Source: a virus (lineage: Duplodnaviria > Caudoviricetes). Taken from it: a DNA stretch of 64,000 nt. Shown here piece by piece: positions 56,946-64,000 of this stretch. The position numbers were made by a program, and so were the translations under genes. The notes under the pieces are model-generated. The model was not told the origin of the DNA and did not search any database. It worked only from the letters and a program-made list of their open reading frames with translations. Each line of letters opens with the position of its first letter. Position 1 is the first letter of the stretch. The stretch spans positions 26,206 to 90,205 of IMG/VR virus record IMGVR_UViG_3300032280_000786, one strand, 5' to 3'.

Positions 56946-57668
56946 ATGAAATTAAAACACAAAGTAATTAAAGAGTTTCAGTTTTTAACAACTGATAAAA
57001 AGATTTTAATATTAAAAGCAAATAGTGTTCTAGAAGATTATGTTTATACTCAAAAAGGTGAGTCAGTAAATATTGAAAAGGATATTGTTGATAATAATCC
57101 AGATTTCTTTATTGAGATTGATTGGAAAACAGATCTAATATCATATTTAAAGACTAATAAAATACCACAACCTGCAGTTTTAAGTAAAAAACTATTCCCT
57201 TTTGTTGAAGATCTTTTGAAAAATAATTCTGTAATAAAAGAAGAAGTTATTTTCAAAGAAGAAATTATTTTCAAAGAAGAAGTTATAGTTAACGAAACTA
57301 AAGAATTAGAAATAAAAAAGAGAGAGAAAAAGATTATATCTGATGAAGAGGATATAGAATTAAGACTTAAAAGACTTGAGAAAAGGGAAGAAGATTATAA
57401 AAAAGATTCTCTAATTTTAAAACAAAAAGAAGAAGATCTAAATGATAAACTTATCGAGTTAGATTCTATTAATGAGAGAGAGTCAAAAATAAAAGACTAT
57501 CTAGAATTTAAAAGTGAAGTTGAAGAGTATAATGAGTATCTTATTTCTAAATTAAAAGAAGTATCTAATTGGTGGTCTCAGACAGAACCACATTATATAC
57601 ATTTATCTCGTTTAGGTATTCCTAACTTCCCAACTATAGAATACCAAGAAATAAAAAAGACATCATAA
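56946..57668 (+). CDS. Hypothetical coiled-coil protein
   Basis: 240 aa, with TATAAATA at 56922 and a terminator at 57653-57680. Confidence 0.6.
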   Translation: MKLKHKVIKEFQFLTTDKKILILKANSVLEDYVYTQKGESVNIEKDIVDNNPDFFIEIDWKTDLISYLKTNKIPQPAVLSKKLFPFVEDLLKNNSVIKEEVIFKEEIIFKEEVIVNETKELEIKKREKKIISDEEDIELRLKRLEKREEDYKKDSLILKQKEEDLNDKLIELDSINERESKIKDYLEFKSEVEEYNEYLISKLKEVSNWWSQTEPHYIHLSRLGIPNFPTIEYQEIKKTS

Positions 57669-57681
57669 GATGTCTTTTTTA

Positions 57682-58062
57682 TTAGAATGGTAAAGAATTT
57701 TCTACCGATAATTTCTCTCTAAGTTTTATTAGATTAAAGATTTGAGTATTTCTATAATTATAAAATCTAAAACGGGTTTGTACCATCCATCTTAAATCTT
57801 TAATTCTTTTATTGCAGTGATGAATATACATCACGTTGTATCTTAATCTACTTGCTTCTATATCTGCATAGTCTTTTCTTGCTAAAATATTGGCAACATC
57901 AACATCTGGGTAGTCACGTTTAATGATACCCTTAAACTTCTCAACTCTTTCAGATAATTCTGAAACAAGGTCAAGAATACAAAGTTCTTTCAGTTTGTCT
58001 GCGATGTTCTTATCTACAAGATTTGCTACGTTGTTGTATTTTAAAGTGTTACCTGATGTCAT
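57682..58062 (-). CDS. Hypothetical protein
   Basis: 126 aa with a TACTTTTG box at 58080. Confidence 0.5.
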   Translation of the reverse strand: MTSGNTLKYNNVANLVDKNIADKLKELCILDLVSELSERVEKFKGIIKRDYPDVDVANILARKDYADIEASRLRYNVMYIHHCNKRIKDLRWMVQTRFRFYNYRNTQIFNLIKLREKLSVENSLPF

Positions 58063-58099
58063 TTCTATTTAATTTTTTACAAAAGTAAAAATAATTTTT

Positions 58100-58345
58100 T
58101 TAATTTCCTAATATTTGATTTAATTTTTCTTCTCGTATCTCTTCTATTGTTTCAAAACAGTTAGTAAAGTTTTCCTCAGTACCAATCCAATCACAAAAGT
58201 CAAAGGAATAGATCCTTACACCTTCTTCGTGTTCTCTTACTAATACACTATAGTATTCACCTTCTTCAAATCGAAAATAAGGTTGTGTTAAGTTCCAATA
58301 AAAGCTTTCTTTGCATCTACATCTTTCTTTACTTATCTCCTTCAT
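58100..58345 (-). CDS. Hypothetical protein ending REEKLNQIL
   Basis: 81-aa ORF. Confidence 0.55.
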   Translation of the reverse strand: MKEISKERCRCKESFYWNLTQPYFRFEEGEYYSVLVREHEEGVRIYSFDFCDWIGTEENFTNCFETIEEIREEKLNQILGN

Positions 58346-58712
58346 TTAATATATTTTCTATTTTTAAATTTCTTTTGTATTGTAAAGTTACATCATCAAA
58401 AATAAATGAGTTTAAATCAATCATTTCTTTACTTAGAATAGTTTCCTGTTCTATATCAATTTTTTCATCATCACTTATGTAAAAATCTAAATAAGTATAA
58501 GTAGTTGTTGTTTGATGTGATTTAAAGAAACGAGTACAAATGATGTCACCTTTTTTTAAATCTAATGTATAGGTTAAATCATCCCAATCATTTATATTAC
58601 GTAAGTCTCTTTCTCTAGCATTGTCCAATACAGATATAGTAAAGTCATTCAACATTTCATAATAATGAAATTGTTGATACTTCTCATGAATATATCTTGG
58701 TACGTATTCCAT
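58329..58712 (-). CDS. Hypothetical protein ending RNLKIENIL
   Basis: 127-aa ORF. Confidence 0.55.
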   Translation of the reverse strand: MEYVPRYIHEKYQQFHYYEMLNDFTISVLDNARERDLRNINDWDDLTYTLDLKKGDIICTRFFKSHQTTTTYTYLDFYISDDEKIDIEQETILSKEMIDLNSFIFDDVTLQYKRNLKIENILNEGDK

Positions 58713-58870
58713 TAAAGTTCTTTCTCTTTGTTTCTATTATCAATAACAACTCTTTTACAACCATCACAAACAACGACTGGTCCGTCTTGTGTCATTACAA
58801 CTTTTCTTAAACATTCTCCCTCACAGAACTTAGTTCCAAGTGGTGCGTATTTTCTTAATTCATTATCCAT
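58712..58870 (-). CDS. Small zinc-ribbon protein (52 aa, not in the ORF track)
   Basis: MDNELRKYAPLGTKFCEGECLRKVVMTQDGPVVVCDGCKRVVIDNRNKEKEL, with TATCTTTG at 58886. Confidence 0.6.
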   Translation of the reverse strand: MDNELRKYAPLGTKFCEGECLRKVVMTQDGPVVVCDGCKRVVIDNRNKEKEL

Positions 58871-58961
58871 AATTCGTATTTTATACAAAGATAAGAATTA
58901 AATTAGAATAAACAAAGAAAAATTTTTTACTATATATAAGACAAAAAATCAAGTTTTATAA

Positions 58962-60800
58962 ATGTCAATAGATAAAAAATACCAAAAACTCGATGATATA
59001 TCTCACGTTATTGCCAGACCCGGAATGTATATCGGTTCTATTAAACCACACACAGCAAATAAATGGGTGTTAGATAACGATAAGATGGTTCAACAAGAAC
59101 TAACTTATAATCCAGGGTTTCTTAAAATTTTTGATGAGATTATTACTAACTCTGTCGATGAAAGTAAGCGAACAGGATCTAAATTAAATACCGTTAAAGT
59201 TACAATCAAAGACAATACTATCTCAATCTGGGATAACGGTGGAATACCCGTAGTTAAACACACAGAACATAACGAATGGATTCCTGAAATGATTTTCTCA
59301 AATCTTAAATCTGGTTCAAACTTTGATGATACAGAAGAAAGATCTTGGGCAGGAACAAATGGTGTGGGTTCTACACTAACAAACATCTATTCATTAGAGT
59401 TTATAATCTCTACTTGTGATGGTAAAAATCATTTCTATCAAACTTATAAAAATAATATGAGAGATAGAGTTGACGCAACAATTAAAAAGTCTAAATCAGC
59501 GCATACTGAAATTACATTTAAACCTGACTTTGAAAAGTTTGGATTAGATGGTATCGATGAAGATCATTTTAAAATGATACAAAAAAGAATATATGACTTA
59601 GCTGCTTGTAATACACACTTAAAAATACATTTCAATAATGATTTAGTAAATCTTAATTCATTTGAAGATTACATTAAATTATATACGACCGAATACTTTT
59701 ACGAAACTAATAAAGATAAAACGTGGTCAATAGCAATTGCTCTTTCAGAGAATGGGTTTCAACAAATTAGTTTTGCAAACTCAACAGAAACATATGATGG
59801 TGGAACACACGTTGATTATATAATGAATCAAATAGTAGTAGAATTAAGAGAGTTCTTTGCTAAGAAACATAAAGTAGATATAAAACCATCAGAGTTAAAA
59901 AGTCATATGTTTTTGTTCTTAGATTCAACGGTAATCAACCCTTCGTTCTCTTCTCAAACAAAAGAGAAATTAATTACAGAAGTTAAGGATTTTGGTTGTA
60001 CCTTTGAGGTTAGTAAAAAATTAACTCAACTTATATTAAAATCTGAGATTGTTAATTCAATTTTAGATTGGATTGAACAAAAGAAAAGTGCTGAAAATAA
60101 TAAGTTAGAAAGAGAACTAAACAAAAAGTTATCTAAAATCAAAGTTGAGAAACTTATTGATGCTAAAGGCAAAGACCGTTGGAAATGTTCATTAGGATTA
60201 TTCGAGGGAGATTCTGCATCAGGTGCTTTTAGAAAGTATCGTTCACCAGAGACAATGGGAGCGTTCTCTTTAAAAGGAAAGTTTATAAATGTATCTGAGA
60301 TTACTAATCAAAAGTTAGTTCAAAATACAGAAGCGGTGAACTTAATGGCAGCAATTGGTTTAAAATTAGGACAAGCAGTTGAGTTAAAACATTTGAGATA
60401 TGGTAAAGTTTTACTTTATACAGATGCAGATGTCGATGGTAATTCAATTTCCGCTTTGTTGATTAATTTTTTCTATAAGTATTGGCCAGAAGTATTCGAC
60501 AGAGGAATGATTTACAAAGTAGAGACACCTATTGTTGTAGCAGTACCGAAAGCTAAGAAATCTAAAAAGATTTTATTCTATACACAAACAGAGTATAATG
60601 ATTGGGCAGACAAAGCTGATATGAAACAATATGAGATTAAGTATAAGAAAGGTTTAGCAGCACTAGTTGATGATGAGTATCAAGACATTATAAATAGTCC
60701 AAGAATGACTAAGATCTCAAAAGATGATATATCAACAGAGTATTTAGATATATGGTTTGGTAAGAATGCGGATTTAAGAAAAACAGAATTATTAAAATAA
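58962..60800 (+). CDS. DNA topoisomerase II (type IIA) ATPase/TOPRIM subunit, T4 gp39+gp60-like
   Basis: HVIARPGMYIG, EIITNSVDE, WDNGGIP, GTNGVG, FEGDSA, LKGKFINV, YTDADVDG and YKKGL. Confidence 0.92.
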   Translation: MSIDKKYQKLDDISHVIARPGMYIGSIKPHTANKWVLDNDKMVQQELTYNPGFLKIFDEIITNSVDESKRTGSKLNTVKVTIKDNTISIWDNGGIPVVKHTEHNEWIPEMIFSNLKSGSNFDDTEERSWAGTNGVGSTLTNIYSLEFIISTCDGKNHFYQTYKNNMRDRVDATIKKSKSAHTEITFKPDFEKFGLDGIDEDHFKMIQKRIYDLAACNTHLKIHFNNDLVNLNSFEDYIKLYTTEYFYETNKDKTWSIAIALSENGFQQISFANSTETYDGGTHVDYIMNQIVVELREFFAKKHKVDIKPSELKSHMFLFLDSTVINPSFSSQTKEKLITEVKDFGCTFEVSKKLTQLILKSEIVNSILDWIEQKKSAENNKLERELNKKLSKIKVEKLIDAKGKDRWKCSLGLFEGDSASGAFRKYRSPETMGAFSLKGKFINVSEITNQKLVQNTEAVNLMAAIGLKLGQAVELKHLRYGKVLLYTDADVDGNSISALLINFFYKYWPEVFDRGMIYKVETPIVVAVPKAKKSKKILFYTQTEYNDWADKADMKQYEIKYKKGLAALVDDEYQDIINSPRMTKISKDDISTEYLDIWFGKNADLRKTELLK

Positions 60801-61058
60801 ATGGATATAATAATTAAATATCATGAAAAAACATCTGGTGAAAATCAGATGTTTCTTTTAGATTTAACTAAACATTATCAAATTTTGCCAATAAATACCC
60901 CACAATCAAAAGTAGATTTATCTAAATATGATGGTAAAATGGTCTATGGTACTTTTGGAGGTTATGGACGTAATGATGGTCATTCTATTTTTATACTAGA
61001 TAAAGTACAAATAGATAGAGATTTAAAAATAAATGACATTTTAAAAATAGATGAATAA
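60801..61058 (+). CDS. Hypothetical protein ending RDLKINDIL
   Basis: 85-aa ORF abutting the topoisomerase stop. Confidence 0.55.
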   Translation: MDIIIKYHEKTSGENQMFLLDLTKHYQILPINTPQSKVDLSKYDGKMVYGTFGGYGRNDGHSIFILDKVQIDRDLKINDILKIDE

Positions 61059-61378
61059 TGAGAGACCGAGAATGGAGACGATACCAAGAAGAGGTCAAGT
61101 TAATAAAACGACTTGATCGGGTTATTCGTGTCTATTGGCGAGGTCATAAAGATAAAAATGGTGTTTATTATATAAACCCTACAATTAAACATTTTATAGG
61201 TTCTGATGCTTATAAGATGTTTAAAACTTATACTACAAAAGATTATGATACTCGTTTTAAAACAAAGTATTCTCCAAATCATATGAAATCTTATTGGAGA
61301 GATAGTAACAAAAAAGGAAAAAGAGAATCCGATAAAGTAAAATTTTTAAAACTATTAAAGGAATATGGAATTAAGTAG
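61058..61378 (+). CDS. Basic hypothetical protein
   Basis: 106-aa ORF. Confidence 0.5.
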   Translation: MRDREWRRYQEEVKLIKRLDRVIRVYWRGHKDKNGVYYINPTIKHFIGSDAYKMFKTYTTKDYDTRFKTKYSPNHMKSYWRDSNKKGKRESDKVKFLKLLKEYGIK

Positions 61379-61886
61379 TTTAATACCAAATAATTCCAAA
61401 AGTTGGAACATAAAGAATGGAACTCTTTTTTATAAGAAACTCCACAATATACCTATGGCTCAAATTGAAGATAAGGTAGTTTATATTTTCTTAGAATGTT
61501 CTTTACCTAGAATAACTTTACAACTAATTAAACACGTAATGAGTTTAGGTGTTCAGTTTTATATGTTACCACCTTCTTTTTCACATCCTGCTTGTGTAAT
61601 TGACAACTCTTATGTTATAAGACATTACTTTACTGCTTATTCAAATCAAGAGTTCTTTGATGGTTTTAATAAAATTGGTTTTGATTTAACTTCAAATCTA
61701 GTAGGTTGGTGTAAAAAAGAGGATTGTGTTTCTTTGATAAAAGAAAACTATGATAAGATAAATACTGATATACAGAAAACTTACTATGATTATTATGCTA
61801 ATAAAGATGTGAGTGATTACTCAGTAGAAGTTAGAGAAGAGTTTAGAACTTTATATCGTGATATACAAATTTCTATGATTTTATAA
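61365..61886 (+). CDS. Hypothetical protein ending RDIQISMIL
   Basis: 173-aa ORF. Confidence 0.55.
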   Translation: MELSSLIPNNSKSWNIKNGTLFYKKLHNIPMAQIEDKVVYIFLECSLPRITLQLIKHVMSLGVQFYMLPPSFSHPACVIDNSYVIRHYFTAYSNQEFFDGFNKIGFDLTSNLVGWCKKEDCVSLIKENYDKINTDIQKTYYDYYANKDVSDYSVEVREEFRTLYRDIQISMIL

Positions 61887-61930
61887 CTTATTGATTATTT
61901 TTAATATAAATAAAAAATAATCATTTTAAA

Positions 61931-62284
61931 ATGGCTAATAATAGTTTTTGGAATACAACAAGTACTGCTTTAGGTTCACTAGGTAGTGCAGTAACTACAC
62001 TAGCAAATACTAGTGGTGCAATAACATTAGGTTCAAGTGGTACATCTAATTATACAATACAACAAGAAAAAACAACTTATCATATTTTAGGAGAATATGT
62101 TGAAGTAAAAGGTTGGTCTGATCCTTATCTAACAATGGCAATTTCTACTTTAAACATATTAAAGAAACCTTATTATGAAGAATTGAGAAAGAATAATTTT
62201 AAGTTTCCTACAGAGATTGAGGAATACTTAAAAATAGCTTTTAGAGACGATTTAATTGATGAGATAATAAAGCCTACTTTTTAG
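61931..62284 (+). CDS. Hypothetical protein ending RDDLIDEII
   Basis: 117 aa with an S/T/G-rich N-terminus and TATAAATA at 61905. Confidence 0.55.
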   Translation: MANNSFWNTTSTALGSLGSAVTTLANTSGAITLGSSGTSNYTIQQEKTTYHILGEYVEVKGWSDPYLTMAISTLNILKKPYYEELRKNNFKFPTEIEEYLKIAFRDDLIDEIIKPTF

Positions 62285-62353
62285 TAGGTTTTTATATTAT
62301 ATCTACAACATAAGTGTTATTTTCTATATAAATAAAAAATAAGATAAAACTAC

Positions 62354-63325
62354 ATGAGAGTAGATTTAATAATTGATGGTAACTACATTTTAAGTAAGTT
62401 AGTTTTTACCCTACACAAACACAACTTACTTTTCGGTGGATTACACAAAGCATTAGAAGTAGCAGTTGGTAATTACAGAAAGTGGTACCCTTTCACAAAC
62501 ATTTATTTAGTATCCGATTCAAAAGAGAAATCTTGGAGAAAAGACTATACTGATAATTATAAAGGTACAAGAAAAAAAGATACTGACATTGACTGGAATT
62601 TTGTTTATACTGCATATGACGAGTTTAAACAATCAATCAAATCCCAAATGACCGTATTAGAAGCACCAAAGGTAGAAGGTGATGACTGGATTTCTTACTT
62701 AGTTGAGAAAGCAAATGATGAAGAAAGATGTGTTATTATAGTTTCAAATGACTATGACATCAAACAATTGGTAAATTATCGTTTAGATCCTTTAACAATA
62801 AACATAATGACAAATGAAATGTATAATAAAGAGAAGTTATTCTTACCTAAAAACTATCAAATCTTTGTCAATAAAGTTTCTAAACTTCCAAACGATGACA
62901 TCTTTAATCTTAATGATAACACAGAGTTTTTATTATTATTGAACAGATTTATCGATAAATATGAGATACACGAAATAAACCCAACAGAATCTTTAATTGT
63001 AAAGATTATTTCAGGAGACCAAAGCGATAACATTGGTTCAGTTTGGAGTGTTACTAAGAATGGTAAAAAGAGAGGTATCGGTGCAGCAGGTGCTCAAACA
63101 ATTTATAATGAGTATCTAACAGAGTTTGGTGAAATTAGTTTAACTGATCCTGACTTATATGAAAATATTGCAGATTTAATTTGTGAGAAAAAGAAGTTAA
63201 GTAAAAGTCAAATCACACCGATTGTTACCAACATAGAAAGAAATGTTAAGTTGATTGATTTAAGGTTGATAAACTTACCAGAAGAGATTATAGAAAGAAT
63301 GGACGAAGTTTATAATAATAGATAA
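62354..63325 (+). CDS. rnh: 5'-3' exonuclease / T4 RNase H-like (FEN family)
   Basis: LIIDGNY, WRK...NYKGTR, EGDDWI, IVSNDYDIKQL and KIISGDQSDNI. Confidence 0.85.
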   Translation: MRVDLIIDGNYILSKLVFTLHKHNLLFGGLHKALEVAVGNYRKWYPFTNIYLVSDSKEKSWRKDYTDNYKGTRKKDTDIDWNFVYTAYDEFKQSIKSQMTVLEAPKVEGDDWISYLVEKANDEERCVIIVSNDYDIKQLVNYRLDPLTINIMTNEMYNKEKLFLPKNYQIFVNKVSKLPNDDIFNLNDNTEFLLLLNRFIDKYEIHEINPTESLIVKIISGDQSDNIGSVWSVTKNGKKRGIGAAGAQTIYNEYLTEFGEISLTDPDLYENIADLICEKKKLSKSQITPIVTNIERNVKLIDLRLINLPEEIIERMDEVYNNR

Positions 63326-63711
63326 TGGCAGAACTAATAGACGTTTTTAAAGCAATGATGCGAAAAGGTAGTTGGGATAAAATTACCGTTGAAGAAAAAG
63401 AAAAAAACTTTTTCATATTTAACAGGTACTTTAGTAAAGTCTACCCTGAACAAGCACAACTTTTGAACTTAAAAAACATAGATAAAGTAGTAGGTATGGA
63501 ACTTTGGTATCAGTTTATGAAAACTGAACCTTACCCAGATTGGTTTTGGTCTAAAAGTGAGAAATCAGATAAACCAATACTTGCACCAAAAGATTACAAA
63601 ATGTTATTGGTCAGTTTAAAGGTTAAACCAGATGATTTAGATTACTTAATTGAGAAACATTACGAGTTTGTTAAAGAAGAGTTATCATATCTAAAAAAAG
63701 TAAATACATAA
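63325..63711 (+). CDS. Hypothetical protein, possibly a T4 gp62-like clamp-loader small subunit
   Basis: FFIFNRYFSKVYPEQAQLLN...WYQFMK..P..WFWSK loosely resembles gp62. Weak. Confidence 0.35.
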   Translation: MAELIDVFKAMMRKGSWDKITVEEKEKNFFIFNRYFSKVYPEQAQLLNLKNIDKVVGMELWYQFMKTEPYPDWFWSKSEKSDKPILAPKDYKMLLVSLKVKPDDLDYLIEKHYEFVKEELSYLKKVNT

Positions 63712-63727
63712 AAATAAAATATAATAT

Positions 63728-63931
63728 ATGAATACGAAAGAACAAATTTTTGAAATAGTAGTGGTTGCTAAAAAAATACTAACAAATGAAGAAATGCTAA
63801 TAGTCGCAAAAGATTTTGTGAATAGGCTTCAAGGATACACAACTGAATGTCCGGAGGAATTGAAAGGTGCTAAAATTGATATAAGACCACGTTTTGTAAA
63901 TGAGAATCCAGAAATTAAAAATAAAATATAA
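63728..63931 (+). CDS. Small hypothetical protein
   Basis: 67-aa ORF. Confidence 0.5.
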   Translation: MNTKEQIFEIVVVAKKILTNEEMLIVAKDFVNRLQGYTTECPEELKGAKIDIRPRFVNENPEIKNKI

Positions 63932-63934
63932 TAT

Positions 63935-64000
63935 ATGAAATTAGGAGATTATTATTTAGATCTTGATAAAGTATCAGCTCTAAAAACACAAGAAGAAAGA
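63935..64000 (+). CDS. Partial ORF running off the window
   Basis: MKLGDYYLDLDKVSALKTQEER..., no stop before the end. Confidence 0.45.
   Translation, partial: MKLGDYYLDLDKVSALKTQEER

Noticed and set aside
58962-60800. T4 gene 60-style bypass or intron/intein in topoisomerase II
   Set aside because: The ATPase and TOPRIM motifs are in one uninterrupted 612-aa ORF. The gp52-like partner is simply not in this window.
318-61282. Many short tracked ORFs antisense to or nested in longer genes (e.g. 318, 1562, 1649, 2223, 8584, 11372, 16210, 24349, 27388, 45247, 50588, 59105)
   Set aside because: They are shadows of real genes on the other strand or frame, with no motifs, promoters or typical composition.
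1-64000. Alternative genetic code (TAG/TGA reassignment) as seen in some jumbo phages
   Set aside because: Known enzymes are full-length in code 11, and TAG and TGA both serve as genuine stops (e.g. 36251, 43824). The single in-frame stop found is TAA.
1-64000. tRNA or rRNA genes
   Set aside because: No cloverleaf with T-loop GTTCRA and a matching acceptor stem was seen in the short intergenic gaps. A tRNAscan run would be needed to exclude atypical ones.

Overview
A 64 kb, strongly AT-rich, densely coding segment of a large T4-like (jumbo-type) tailed phage read in the standard bacterial code. It contains a tail fibre, a gp6-like baseplate wedge, a gp39/60-like topoisomerase II subunit and a T4 RNase H-like 5'-3' exonuclease. 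The host is very likely Bacteroidota (probably Flavobacteriales): TAnnTTTG promoters precede many minus-strand genes, and glutamine synthetase II and the bifunctional nuclease look Bacteroidota-derived. Accessory genes include prs, ppk2, glnII, a CCA-adding enzyme with 2H and HAD RNA-repair domains, two MazG-fold enzymes, two glycosyltransferases, a J-domain protein, a signal-less Skp, a MoxR AAA/VWA pair, and seven free-standing homing endonucleases plus one remnant. The most striking unexplained structure is two short peptide tags shared by otherwise unrelated proteins. An N-terminal M[KR][HYW][IL]Kx[FY][EN]x leader occurs on about 17 ORFs, most behind a TAATATATA motif, and resembles the T4 capsid-targeting sequence. 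A mostly C-terminal R[DE]x[KRQ][IL]xx[IL][LI] helix occurs on about 19 proteins, mostly small and many in Bacteroidota-promoter operons. A guanylate-kinase-like gene has its P-loop split by GGT-TAA-GGA right after a UUCG hairpin, a candidate ribosomal stop-hop. No tRNA, rRNA or CRISPR array was seen. All family calls come from motif recognition by eye; no database search was run.
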